A stretch of 64,000 nt of DNA from Myxococcota bacterium. GTDB lineage: Bacteria > Myxococcota_A > UBA796 > CAJQPC01. A model generated the notes under the pieces. The model was not told the DNA's origin. It saw only the letters and a program-made list of their open reading frames with translations, and searched no databases. The stretch is from positions 1 through 64,000 of the forward strand of contig JAZAMN010000011.1 of NCBI GenBank assembly GCA_036229005.1, written 5' to 3'. Every line of letters starts with the position of its first letter. Position 1 is the stretch's first letter. The translations under genes were made by a program, and so were the position numbers. Shown one piece after another: positions 9,094 to 18,860 of this stretch.

Positions 9094-10335
9094 ATGCTCC
9101 TGGCACTGGCCTGCAGCCCCCCGGAAGACTGGGAGGCCGTCGACCCGCCCTTCTACAGCTACGACGACAGCAAGACCCCGCTGGTCGAGCTGCCCGCCGA
9201 CGAGAGCACCTGGGAGGACCTGGAGTTCCCCCTGGAGCAGAGCGGCGGAGACAACGGCGACACCGGCATCACCTACAGCTTCGCCCTGGCGGCCTACTAC
9301 ATCCTGGGCGTCCAGAACGTCGGCATCGGCCAGCCCTTCGGCTACACCCTGGAGCCCACCACGGGCGTCTGGGAGGACGACGACTCCTGGGGCCGCCAGG
9401 TCATGGCGACCATCACGCTCGTGCGCGCCTCCAACGTCACCGGCCGCCCCGAGTTCGAGCTGGGCGCCCGCATCGCCATGCGCCAGCTCCTGGAGGACGC
9501 CGAGGAGCAGGAGGACGGCTCATTGAAGCTCTCCAGCATCGGCCCCACCGCCCTGATGGTCATGGCCATGACCGAGCACGCCGCCCTCACCGGCAGCACC
9601 GAGTGGGAGCCCGCCCTGGAGGGCTTCGGCGCCTACATCCTGAGCGCCCAGAACCCAGACGGCTCCTGGTCCGAGGGCAGCCGCCTGACCTGGCAGCAGC
9701 TCCACAAGGCGCTGTGGGAGCTCTACGTCCACACCGGCGAGGTCGTCTACCTGGACGCCCTGGAGGCCACCGGCAAGTGGCACAGCGACAACCGCGATCT
9801 CACCGGCGACGCCGAGCCCTTCGAGTACCCCTACCTCTACGGCCTCTGGGCCGCGGAGCCCCTGCTGGGCCTCTACCGCGAGCGCCCCGCCGACTGGATC
9901 CCCGAGCTGGTGTTCTCCGTGGGCGACGACGTGATCGGCGACCAGTGGACCCCCGACACCGTCACCGACGAGACCGCGCAGTACATGGGCGGCTACTGGG
10001 CCAACCCGCCCAACGAGGACGGCCCCCCCAACTGGAACCACACCATCAAGCTCGAGGCGGTCATCGACTGCTGGCGCATGGCGGATGAGGTCGGGGACGA
10101 GGAGCGGGCTGCGCTCTACCGTCGCTCCGCTCTCATCGGCACGGCCCACCTCCAGGACTGGCAGTTCCGCCAATCCGACATCACCGGCTGGCCCAGCGAG
10201 GACATCGCGCTCGGCGGCATGCCCCTCTACGTGGACGACCCCAGCATCCGCATCGACATCCCCGCCCACGGCGGCGTCGCGATGATGAAGGTCGCCAAGT
10301 ACCTGGAGCTGGAGGCGTGGCCGGGGGGCTACTGA
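9094..10335 (+). CDS. Lipoprotein, predicted helical (alpha/alpha)-barrel-like protein
   Basis: MLLALAC (alternative starts 9082 and 9070). SAQNPDGSW QW-like motif and repeated helical hairpin pattern (ALWELY..TGEVVYLDA). IRIDIPAH near the C-terminus. Confidence 0.6.
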   Translation: MLLALACSPPEDWEAVDPPFYSYDDSKTPLVELPADESTWEDLEFPLEQSGGDNGDTGITYSFALAAYYILGVQNVGIGQPFGYTLEPTTGVWEDDDSWGRQVMATITLVRASNVTGRPEFELGARIAMRQLLEDAEEQEDGSLKLSSIGPTALMVMAMTEHAALTGSTEWEPALEGFGAYILSAQNPDGSWSEGSRLTWQQLHKALWELYVHTGEVVYLDALEATGKWHSDNRDLTGDAEPFEYPYLYGLWAAEPLLGLYRERPADWIPELVFSVGDDVIGDQWTPDTVTDETAQYMGGYWANPPNEDGPPNWNHTIKLEAVIDCWRMADEVGDEERAALYRRSALIGTAHLQDWQFRQSDITGWPSEDIALGGMPLYVDDPSIRIDIPAHGGVAMMKVAKYLELEAWPGGY

Positions 10336-11054
10336 CCCGTCAGCCACCCCTCCATGTCCACAGCGAGCTGCTCATTCACCCCAAAGATCTGCGTCCCGTG
10401 GCTCCCCGGGTCGTAGATCACCACCGGCCAGTCCGGGTTCACCGCCTCGAAGTCGTCGGCGTTGGCGGCCTCGCTCGTGGGGAAGCCCACCCAACCCGGC
10501 AGCTCCGCGATGGCGCTCAGGTCATGGTTGGCCTGGGTGTAGTTGCCCGGCGACAGGAACATGAAGCCGTCCAGCGCCGGCCAGGCCTCGCTGCCCTCCA
10601 GGCTCGCGTAGTCCAGCACGCTGGTCGAGCCGTTGCTGGCGCCCACCATCAGCAGCTTGTCGAAGCCGTCCGCCTGGGCCCGCAGCACGCAGGCCTCCAG
10701 GTCGTAGGCGCCCTTGACCGTGTTGTAGGCGTCCGCGGCCATGCCCTCGCTGTCCCCCGCCCCGCGCCGGTCCAGCACCATCAGCGCCAGCCCCGACTCG
10801 TGCAGCGACTCCAGAAAATCCGTCGGCCAGTCCGTCCGGTTGAAGCCCGCCGAAGGGTTCATGTGCGCGAACACGACCAGGGTGACCTCGCTTGAGGACT
10901 GGCCGTAGTAGTCCGTGGTGATCTGGACCTCGTCCCGGGTGGTGAGGGTCAGCGTCTGCATCGCCACGGGACCGCTCACCTCCTGGGAATCCTGGGTGTC
11001 CTGAACCTCTGTGGACCCGCCGGCGCAGGCGAGGACAAACCAAAGCAGACCCAT
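10329..11054 (-). CDS. Alpha/beta hydrolase lipoprotein
   Basis: MGLLWFVLAC, LDRRGAGDS, VGASNG nucleophile elbow, HGT catalytic His. Paralog of 11057..11779. Confidence 0.85.
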   Translation of the reverse strand: MGLLWFVLACAGGSTEVQDTQDSQEVSGPVAMQTLTLTTRDEVQITTDYYGQSSSEVTLVVFAHMNPSAGFNRTDWPTDFLESLHESGLALMVLDRRGAGDSEGMAADAYNTVKGAYDLEACVLRAQADGFDKLLMVGASNGSTSVLDYASLEGSEAWPALDGFMFLSPGNYTQANHDLSAIAELPGWVGFPTSEAANADDFEAVNPDWPVVIYDPGSHGTQIFGVNEQLAVDMEGWLTGQ

Positions 11055-11056
11055 GA

Positions 11057-11779
11057 TCAACCCTCCTGCCCGATGAGCCAGGCCGTGAGCTCGGGCGCGC
11101 AGTCGGGCGCCTCCGCGAACATGCGCGTCCCGTGCGCCCCGGGATCGTAGAGGGTGAAGCTCCACTCTCCGGGATCCACCTCCTGCCAGGGCGCGTTGTT
11201 GTCGGCCTCGCTGGCGGGGTATCCGAACCAGCCCGGGAGCGCGGGCATGTCGGCGATGGCGTGGTTGTTGGTGGTCGCTCCCACGGCGGAGAGCATCGCG
11301 AAGGCGCTGGGCGCGGTCCAGCCCTCGGTCCCGGCCAGGGCGGCGTAGTCCAGCACGCTGGTGGTCCCGTTGCTGGCGCCCACCAGCATCAGCTCGGAGA
11401 AGCCGTCCACGCCCAGCACGGCGGCCTCGATGTCGTAGGCGCCCTTGACGGTCTCGAAGGCCTCGCTGGCGACGCCGGAGCTGTCCCCGGCCCCGCGGCG
11501 GTCGATGACCATGACGTGGAAGTCGGCGTCGACCAGGGGCTGGAGCACCTCGCCGGGCCAGTTGTCGCGGTTCCAGGAGCCGGTGGGGTCCATGTGCACG
11601 AACACCACCAGCGGCCGGTCGTCCCCGGAGGCCGTGTAGTGATCGGCCACGATGTCCACGCCGTCGCGGGTGGTCAGGGTGACGATCTCGCCGCCCTCCG
11701 GCTTGGGCTCGGCGGTGTAGGGGGGCGCGGTCTCTTGGATCTCGGCCTTGGTGCAGGCCAGCAGGAGCATGAGTGTCAT
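11057..11779 (-). CDS. Alpha/beta hydrolase lipoprotein (tandem paralog)
   Basis: MTLMLLLAC, IDRRGAGDS, TVKGAYD, VGASNG, HGTRMF. Confidence 0.85.
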   Translation of the reverse strand: MTLMLLLACTKAEIQETAPPYTAEPKPEGGEIVTLTTRDGVDIVADHYTASGDDRPLVVFVHMDPTGSWNRDNWPGEVLQPLVDADFHVMVIDRRGAGDSSGVASEAFETVKGAYDIEAAVLGVDGFSELMLVGASNGTTSVLDYAALAGTEGWTAPSAFAMLSAVGATTNNHAIADMPALPGWFGYPASEADNNAPWQEVDPGEWSFTLYDPGAHGTRMFAEAPDCAPELTAWLIGQEG

Positions 11780-11788
11780 GGGCAGAGC

Positions 11789-12403
11789 CTAATCCCCGCG
11801 CTGCGCCTCTGCGCCCACGACCAGGATGCCCTCGACCGTGAACACCCGCTCATCGCCGCTGTTCCACATCAGGTCGGCGCCCGTGCCGGTGCAGATCAGG
11901 TCCAGGTGCAGCTCGGAGCGGCCCATCGCCGACATCCCCCGCGCCCCGGAGAGCGCCTCCAGGCTGACCACGTCGATGTGGCCGCGGCAGGGGATCGCGG
12001 GGCTGCCCAGACGATCCGCGCGGCGCCGATCCCGCTGGCGCCAGGTGGCCGTGAAGCCCTGGCTGTGGCGCCCCAGCGCGCCCTGATCCCCCGTCTCCAG
12101 GAAGTCGCCGTCCAGGCGCAGGGTGAAGCTGCCCTCCAGGGGGGTGGGCCGCCACGGGTAGGTGCCCTCGGCGAGCCCGTGGGTCCCGCGCACCTGCAGG
12201 CCGTTGATGGCCGCCTCGCCCTCCAGCGGGCCGGTGAAGATGCGCTGGGGGCCGCCGTCCTCGCGCAGGCGCAGGTCGGTGTGCACGGAGACGTCCAGGG
12301 GCTGGGAGTCCCCCACGAAGAAGTCCAGCAGCAAGAGCATGGGCACCAGGGCCCCGAGCAGGAGCCACAGCAGGTGCGCGCTTGAGAGGGGACCCCTGGC
12401 CAT
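11789..12403 (-). CDS. Hypothetical membrane-anchored protein
   Basis: N-terminal hydrophobic segment LLWLLLGALVPMLLLLDFF. TATACT-N6-ATG at the start. Fills the gap between supported genes. Confidence 0.6.
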   Translation of the reverse strand: MARGPLSSAHLLWLLLGALVPMLLLLDFFVGDSQPLDVSVHTDLRLREDGGPQRIFTGPLEGEAAINGLQVRGTHGLAEGTYPWRPTPLEGSFTLRLDGDFLETGDQGALGRHSQGFTATWRQRDRRRADRLGSPAIPCRGHIDVVSLEALSGARGMSAMGRSELHLDLICTGTGADLMWNSGDERVFTVEGILVVGAEAQRGD

Positions 12404-12423
12404 GCGTGGAGTATAGGTGGGAC

Positions 12424-13575
12424 GTGACCGCACTCGTCTGGATCCTGCGCCTGACCATGGCCCTCACCCTGCTGGGTTGGGGCGCGACCTGGCTCAAGGT
12501 GCTGACCCGCAAGCGTGACCCCAAGTGGGCACTGGGCCCCGAAGACCCAGCTTGTTCGCCCGATCTGCTGGTCAGCATCGTCATCCCCGCCCGCAACGAA
12601 GAGGCGCACATCGCCGGCTGCGTGCAGGCCGCGCTCGCCCAGGACCACCCCAACCTGGAGGTCGTGGTCCTCAACGACGGGAGCAGCGACCGCACCGGGG
12701 AGATCCTTGCCGCCATCGACGATCCCCGCCTGCGCGTGCTCCAAGGCGGAGAGGCCCTGCCCGACGGCTGGTTCGGCAAGCCCTGGGCCCTGCAGCGCGC
12801 CCAGGAGCACGCCCGGGGCGACTGGCTCTTCTTCATCGACGCGGATGTCCGGCTCGCCCCCCAGGCCGTCTCCCGAGTGGTCGGCTACGGCGAGTCCAAG
12901 GGCCTGGGCATGGTCACCGGCTTCGGCACCCTGACCATGGAGAGCTTCTGGGAGCGCGTGCTGCAGCCCGCGGTGGGCGGCCTCATCCTGCTGGGCAACT
13001 CCCTGGACCAGGTCAACGACCCTGAGCAGCCTGACAAGAACATGGCGAGCGGGCAGCTCCTGGCCTTCTCCCGGCGGGGCTACGACCAAGCCGGGCAGCA
13101 CCACGCGGTCAAGAACAACATCCTGGACGACGTGGGCCTGGCGCGCGCCTGCGTGGACGCCCAGGTCGGCTACCACTGCCTGTTCATGCGGCGTCTGTAC
13201 AGCGTGCGCATGTACACCAGCCTCCAGGAGATCTGGGACGGCTGGGGCAAGAACCTGTTCGCCGGGATGCACTACTCCTGGGCGACGGTGGCCTTCGTCG
13301 AGTACTTCCTGTTCACCAGCACCCTGCTCGGCCCCATCCTGCTCGCGGTGGGGCTCGCGACCGGCGCCTGGGAGTGGGTGGCCTGGGGCGGCGCGCACCT
13401 GGTGCTGATGCAGGGCACGCGCCTGTCCATGGACCTGCAGTACGGCCACAAGCCGCTCTACGGGCTCTCCCACGCCCCCGCGACCGCCATGGTCATGGCC
13501 CTCATCGTCCACTCCGGCATCAAGAGCCAGGGCAAGGGCGTGCAGTGGAAGGGACGCACCTACAACCCCGAATAG
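12424..13575 (+). CDS. Family 2 glycosyltransferase, membrane-bound (CrtQ/HpnB-like subgroup)
   Basis: VSIVIPARNEE, NDGSSDRT, GWFGKPWAL, FFIDAD, ILDDVGLA, VRMY, GWGKN, C-terminal TM helices and VQWKGRTY. Confidence 0.85.
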   Translation: MTALVWILRLTMALTLLGWGATWLKVLTRKRDPKWALGPEDPACSPDLLVSIVIPARNEEAHIAGCVQAALAQDHPNLEVVVLNDGSSDRTGEILAAIDDPRLRVLQGGEALPDGWFGKPWALQRAQEHARGDWLFFIDADVRLAPQAVSRVVGYGESKGLGMVTGFGTLTMESFWERVLQPAVGGLILLGNSLDQVNDPEQPDKNMASGQLLAFSRRGYDQAGQHHAVKNNILDDVGLARACVDAQVGYHCLFMRRLYSVRMYTSLQEIWDGWGKNLFAGMHYSWATVAFVEYFLFTSTLLGPILLAVGLATGAWEWVAWGGAHLVLMQGTRLSMDLQYGHKPLYGLSHAPATAMVMALIVHSGIKSQGKGVQWKGRTYNPE

Positions 13576-13587
13576 GCGCAGAGCCCC

Positions 13588-15237
13588 TCAGCGTGCGGCC
13601 AGCAAGGCCTCCCACGCCGCCTCGTCCCGGAGCACCACGGGGTCCTTGATCTGACCGTGGGGCGCCCCCGCCGCGACCTTCGCCGCCCGCCAGCGCGCAT
13701 AGGTCCCCTCAGGCAGGGCCAGCAGCTCCGGTGCGCCGATGCGCATGCTCTCCCGCTTGGCCTGGTACTCGACGTTGCCCTCCTGCAGGGCGCGATCAAA
13801 GCGCTGGGCGAAGTCCGCGGGGAACCCGGGCGCCCCGCTGCCCTCGACCGCCACACGCAACACAGGCACCTCGTCCATGCGGTACCCGACCGAGAACCCG
13901 GCGACAGCCACCCCAGATCCCACGGCGGTGGAGACGGCATGGACGAGCTGGTCCTCACTCAGCTTCTCCCCGGTCACGTTGAGCATGTTGCCGCCCTTGC
14001 GCACAAAGCGGAGCAGCGGCGCTCCGTGCACGTGCCCGGTGCACTCCAGGATGTCGTTCATGTCGTAGCGGTAGAGCCCGCCGGTCGACGAGATGACCAG
14101 GCGATAGCGCTGCCCGGCCTCCAGCTCCCAGGCCCAGCGCAGGCTGCCCGCGTCGTCCACGAACTCCAGGAGCTGCCCCCCCAGCCAGGCCACACCGCCC
14201 TCGTCCCCGTCGGACATGGGGATGGCGAAGTAGCCCTCCGACGCGGTGACCCCCAGCTCCCGGATGGGCAGCGCATCCCCACCGGGCCCCAGCGCAGCGC
14301 GGAGCCGAGGCAGGAAGAACTGGGCCGGGCCCCCCTTCCAGGTGTTGAGGACGGCCAGATCCCAGAGCTCCAGAGGGCTGGGCTCACCGCTCAGGCGTCT
14401 GCGGCGCAAGCGCGGCTTGAGGGCCCATCGCGTTCGGCGAGGCAAGGCTGAAGCCGGCCCACTCAGGGTCCCGTCGCGCAGGTCGCGCACCAGGTCCGGC
14501 CAGTGCTCCTGCAGCTTGCGGAAGAGCAGCAGCAGCGTGCTGGGGTTGGCCGTGGTGAAGCTGGAGATGTCGGTCTGCAGGGCGAAGCGCAGCAGGCAGT
14601 AGATGCGCACCGGGGAGTCGGTGATGGCGGCCACCTGCGGGGGCACCGGCACGCGGGCCCGCACATACCAGGGCTGGCGCGACTGCATGCGCCCGGTGTT
14701 GGAGCCATAGGGCAGGCCGCTCGGCAGCCGGCCCTCCACCGGCGGGGAGACCACGGTGAACGCGCGGCCCTTGGTGACCCCCTCGTGGTCGCGCATCAAG
14801 GCCAGCCGCCAGAGGGCCTGTCCGGCGTCCACGGCCTGGGCGTATGGCTCGGTGACCGGCAGGAGCTTGGCCGCGCCCGTGGTCCCGGAGGTCTTGAGCA
14901 GCATCTGGACCGGGGCCTTCGTGAGCACCCTGTCCTCGCCAGCGTGCACCCGCTTCATCCAGGGCTCGAGCTCCCCGTAGCTCCGGAGGGGCACCTTCTC
15001 GCGCCACTGCTCCAGGGAGTCCCCCCTCCTCAGACCATGGGCTGCCCCGAAGGCCGTGCCCTCCGCCTGCGCGATGATGGCGTCCAAGCGGCGGATCTGG
15101 GCCCCCATCGGGTCCACCAGCGAGGCCTGGAATTCGCGCACCAGGGGCATCGAGAGCCCCCTGAACAGGCGGTAGGGGCCGTTGCCGTCCTCCGGCAGGG
15201 TGTAGGCGGCTGGATCCACCGACGGGCTCTTGATCAT
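13588..15237 (-). CDS. GH3 family acyl-adenylate/amido synthetase-like protein
   Basis: VPLRSYGELEPW, KTSGTTGAAKLLPVT, TANPSTL, ASEGYFAIP, LVISSTGGLYRYDMND, GEKLSE, NVEY, QIK. Start uncertain. Confidence 0.85.
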   Translation of the reverse strand: MIKSPSVDPAAYTLPEDGNGPYRLFRGLSMPLVREFQASLVDPMGAQIRRLDAIIAQAEGTAFGAAHGLRRGDSLEQWREKVPLRSYGELEPWMKRVHAGEDRVLTKAPVQMLLKTSGTTGAAKLLPVTEPYAQAVDAGQALWRLALMRDHEGVTKGRAFTVVSPPVEGRLPSGLPYGSNTGRMQSRQPWYVRARVPVPPQVAAITDSPVRIYCLLRFALQTDISSFTTANPSTLLLLFRKLQEHWPDLVRDLRDGTLSGPASALPRRTRWALKPRLRRRRLSGEPSPLELWDLAVLNTWKGGPAQFFLPRLRAALGPGGDALPIRELGVTASEGYFAIPMSDGDEGGVAWLGGQLLEFVDDAGSLRWAWELEAGQRYRLVISSTGGLYRYDMNDILECTGHVHGAPLLRFVRKGGNMLNVTGEKLSEDQLVHAVSTAVGSGVAVAGFSVGYRMDEVPVLRVAVEGSGAPGFPADFAQRFDRALQEGNVEYQAKRESMRIGAPELLALPEGTYARWRAAKVAAGAPHGQIKDPVVLRDEAAWEALLAAR

Positions 15238-15362
15238 CGACGCTCTCTGGTCGCGGTTTTCTGGCTTTGACACGGATCCCGCGTACCGATACCTTCGCAC
15301 ATCCCTCCGGCGTGCCTCCCCCTGCGCCACCCCCCTCCCTCCGAAGCGACAAAGGCCTGCCC

Positions 15363-17276
15363 GTGAAGACCGGTGATCTCGTCCACGACGCCCAGGGCCG
15401 CAGCTACCAGGTCGGCCCCCTCCTCGGCCGCGGCCTGTGGGGCAAGAGCTACCTCGTCCGACACGGCGACTCCCGCGCCGAGTTCGTGCTCAAGACGCCC
15501 CTGGGGCGCGATGACTTCAAGGGCGACGTCCCCCTGACGGACACCCTGCTGCGGGCCTGCCAGGACGCGTGCAAGGAGCAGGCGGAGCTGCTGGGTCAGA
15601 GCGCCCAGGTCTTCCTGCCGCCGCTGCAGTCCCGCGCCTCCGAAGACGGGAGCCCCCTGCTCATCCTGCCGCGCTTCACCAGCACCCTGGACCGGCGCAT
15701 CTCCCAGGGCTGCTCGCTGAGCGAGGTGCTGGGTGTGTTGCTCCAGACCACGGAGCACCTCCAGACCCTCCAGAAGGAGTCCGGGGCGCACGGCAACCTG
15801 CGCCCCTCCAACCTGCTCCTGAACGACCGGGGCGAGGTCCTGCTGGTCGACATGGCCACCGCCTCCGCCCGCAAGAGCCTGGGCCAGCTCCACGCCATCA
15901 GCCCGGAGCCCAACCACTACCTCCCGCCCGAGGTCCTGGCTGGCGCGGCCATCACCACCAGCACCGACACCTACGCGCTGGCCGCCATCCTGTACCGGGC
16001 CATCCACACCCCGCGCGAGGGCGACGCCGAGGGCAAGGCCATCCCCCTGCCCCAGGCCGGCCTGGACAAGGGCGCGCTGGTGGAGCTCAAGAACCGGGCC
16101 GCGGCGCGCCTGGCGGACGAGGACTCCAACCCCCGCTTCCACGCCCGCTTCGCCGAGAAGGTCGCCAGCGTGCTGAACCGCGCCCTCAGCCGCGAGGTCC
16201 ACCCCAGCCCGCCCTACCGCTTCTCGAACCTGGCCGACCTGGCCGCCCGCTTCCAGGAGCTGCGCACGCTGATCCGCCCGGAGATCACCACCGTCGGCAA
16301 GATCATGCTCAACCGCCCGCCGGGGTCCACGACCTTCGAGACAGACGAGCAGGTCAGCTTCACCGTCACCGTCGGGGCCTCCAATGGCGTGAGCGGCCAC
16401 GACGAGGTCGCCGTTGGCGTCGCCCTCTTCGACGAGGAGAGCGAAGAGCGCCTGCGCAGCGTCGAGACCCGCTACACGACAGAAGACCACCCCTCCGGCC
16501 GCTACCGCTTCCGCTTCGACATCAGCGATCTGACCCCCGGCCGCTACCGGGTGCGGCTGGCCTTCGCCGTGCGGGAGTCCGGGCACCCGCCCCAGACCAC
16601 CGAGATGGTCTTCGAGGTGCGCGCGGCCGCCGGCTACGTGCCCCCCCAGCCCTCCGCGAGCGAGCCCCAGGCCCTGCCCTTCGGCCGCAAGGAGGACGAG
16701 CCCAAGACCGCGGTGACCGAGCCTTTCCGGGAGGATCTCTCCCAGCCCCGGCCTCTGGCCCCCGGCGAGCCCAGCGCGCCCAAGCCGCCCCCCGTGGCGC
16801 CCGCGCCGCCCGCCATCTCGGTGTCCCCCACCCCCTCGTCCTTCGACGAGGAGCCCCCCACCGTGGCCGAGCCCCCGCCCGTCGCGGTGCGCCCGACCCC
16901 CGTGGCCACCGTGCCCAGCCTGGACGACGTGCCCCCGCCCCCCGCGCGGCCCACCGCCGTCCCATTGTCGACCGAGGACCTCTACGAGCCCGAGGCCACC
17001 GAGCCCCACGTCTCCCAGAGCACGCAACTTCCGGAGCGTGACCCCCTCAAGGACATCGTCGGCGCCGGCTCCTGGACGGACCTCCCCCTCCCCGGGGATG
17101 CCCGCGATGACAGCGCCCCGCCCGACCTCGGAGACGGCCCCGAGCCCGAGCCCGAGAGCCCCATCGCCCGCTTCGTGGAGATGATGCGGGCAGATCCCTT
17201 CCTGATGCTCATGGTCGGCGGCGGCGCGCTGCTGCTCGTCCTCCTCATCATCCTCATCATCCTCAAGCTCACCTGA
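15363..17276 (+). CDS. Ser/Thr kinase-like protein (probable pseudokinase) with beta-rich domain, Pro-rich linker and C-terminal TM anchor
   Basis: LGRGLWGKSY, FVLK, HGNLRPSNLLL, LVDMA, YLPPE, DTYALA. C-terminal ALLLVLLIILIILK. GTG at 15363. Confidence 0.8.
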   Translation: MKTGDLVHDAQGRSYQVGPLLGRGLWGKSYLVRHGDSRAEFVLKTPLGRDDFKGDVPLTDTLLRACQDACKEQAELLGQSAQVFLPPLQSRASEDGSPLLILPRFTSTLDRRISQGCSLSEVLGVLLQTTEHLQTLQKESGAHGNLRPSNLLLNDRGEVLLVDMATASARKSLGQLHAISPEPNHYLPPEVLAGAAITTSTDTYALAAILYRAIHTPREGDAEGKAIPLPQAGLDKGALVELKNRAAARLADEDSNPRFHARFAEKVASVLNRALSREVHPSPPYRFSNLADLAARFQELRTLIRPEITTVGKIMLNRPPGSTTFETDEQVSFTVTVGASNGVSGHDEVAVGVALFDEESEERLRSVETRYTTEDHPSGRYRFRFDISDLTPGRYRVRLAFAVRESGHPPQTTEMVFEVRAAAGYVPPQPSASEPQALPFGRKEDEPKTAVTEPFREDLSQPRPLAPGEPSAPKPPPVAPAPPAISVSPTPSSFDEEPPTVAEPPPVAVRPTPVATVPSLDDVPPPPARPTAVPLSTEDLYEPEATEPHVSQSTQLPERDPLKDIVGAGSWTDLPLPGDARDDSAPPDLGDGPEPEPESPIARFVEMMRADPFLMLMVGGGALLLVLLIILIILKLT

Positions 17277-18716
17277 GTGAACCGCATGCAGATCCAGACC
17301 TCCGCCCTCGCGGACGCCCCCCTGTTGGCCGTCGTCCTGACCGAGGGCGACCTCACCGTCCCCGCCGCCCTCGATGAGGCCTTCGGCGGCGCCCTGTCCC
17401 AGCTTGTGGAGAGCGAGAAGTTCAAGGCCAAGGCTGGCTCCTCCCTCACCGTCCGCGGCATGGGTGCTGTCTCCAACGCCTGGGTTGGCCTCTTTGGCGC
17501 AGGCGAGGGCGACGCAGAGGGTCTGCGCAAGGCGGCTGGCGCCGCGTCCAACTTCGCCCGCAGCAAGAGCCTGACCGGCCTGAGCCTGCAGGTCCCCGGC
17601 GGCGACGCCAAGGCCGCCGAGGCCATCGGCGAGGCCATCGTGACCGGCAACTACCGCTACGAGCGCTACCTGCCCGAGGCCCGCCAGACCAAGCCCCTGG
17701 AGGCCGTCTCCGTGACCGGCCTGGGCGACACCACCGGTCTGGACGCCGGCGTGGCCCTGGGCACCGCCCGCAGCCTGGCCCGGGACCTCATCAACGAGCC
17801 CCCCGCCGACATCTACCCCGAGACCCTCGCAGCCGCGGCCACCAAGCTCAGCACCGACCGCCTGCAGGTCGAGGTCTGGGGTCCGGACCGCCTGGAGTCC
17901 TGGGGCGCCGTGGGCACCCTGGCCGTGGGTCGGGGCAGCAGCCGCACCCCCCGCCTGGTGCACATGACCTACACCCCCGCCGGTGAGAGCCAGGGCACCA
18001 TCGCCCTGATCGGCAAGGGCGTGACCTTCGACGCAGGCGGCCTGAGCATCAAGCCCTCCGCCGGCATGGTCACCATGAAGTGCGACATGGGCGGCGCCGC
18101 CGCGGTCGTGGGTGTGATGAGCGCCCTGGAGAAGCTGGGCGTGAACGTCACCGTGCACGGCATCTTCGCCGCCGCGGAGAACATGCTCGGCGCCGACGCC
18201 TACAAGCTGGGCGACGTGCTGCGCTACCGCAACGGCAAGACCGTCGAGATCCACAACACCGACGCCGAGGGCCGCCTGCTCCTGGCCGACTGCCTCTGCT
18301 ACGCCAGCGAGATGGACGAGGTCACCCACATCGTGGACCTGGCCACCCTCACCGGCGCTGCCGTGGTCGCCCTGGGCGAGAAGTACACCGCGCTCTACGC
18401 CAACGAGCAGGACTTCGCCGACACCCTGTTGGCCAGCGCCAAGGAGTCCGGCGAGGGCCTCTGGCAGATGCCCCTGGAGAACGACTACAACGCCCTGCTC
18501 AAGGCCGACATCGCCGACATCAAGAACGTCGGTGGCCGCGCCGCGGGCAGCATCACCGCCGCCCTCTACCTCCAGAACTTCGTGGCCGAGGGCAAGACCT
18601 GGGCCCACCTGGACATCGCCGGCCCCGCCTTCCTGTCCAAGCCCACCGAGCACCTGGACAAGGGCGGCGCAGGCCCCCAGGTCGTGACCCTGCTGAACTG
18701 GCTGCGCAGCCTCTGA
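17277..18716 (+). CDS. pepA: Leucyl aminopeptidase (M17)
   Basis: ARDLINEP, LIGKGVTFDAGGLSIK, MKCDMGG, NTDAEGRL, DLATLTGA, WAHLDIAG. Confidence 0.95.
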   Translation: MNRMQIQTSALADAPLLAVVLTEGDLTVPAALDEAFGGALSQLVESEKFKAKAGSSLTVRGMGAVSNAWVGLFGAGEGDAEGLRKAAGAASNFARSKSLTGLSLQVPGGDAKAAEAIGEAIVTGNYRYERYLPEARQTKPLEAVSVTGLGDTTGLDAGVALGTARSLARDLINEPPADIYPETLAAAATKLSTDRLQVEVWGPDRLESWGAVGTLAVGRGSSRTPRLVHMTYTPAGESQGTIALIGKGVTFDAGGLSIKPSAGMVTMKCDMGGAAAVVGVMSALEKLGVNVTVHGIFAAAENMLGADAYKLGDVLRYRNGKTVEIHNTDAEGRLLLADCLCYASEMDEVTHIVDLATLTGAAVVALGEKYTALYANEQDFADTLLASAKESGEGLWQMPLENDYNALLKADIADIKNVGGRAAGSITAALYLQNFVAEGKTWAHLDIAGPAFLSKPTEHLDKGGAGPQVVTLLNWLRSL

Positions 18717-18734
18717 GGCTGACGCGCTGAGCGC

Positions 18735-18767
18735 AGGACGCCGGGGTCTTCGGGCTCCGGCGTTCTT
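18735..18767 (+). terminator. Intrinsic terminator-like hairpin after pepA
   Basis: AGGACGCCGGGGTC-TTCG-GGCTCCGGCGTTCT stem with G-U pairs, followed by a short T-rich tail. Confidence 0.65.
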
Positions 18768-18860
18768 GTGTTCGGGCCCTCTGACACAAAGGGTCACAAC
18801 TCCCGAAGCCTCTGCCGGTCGCCGGGTGCATAGGACTCCTGGCACCAAGGAGTGTCCCCG

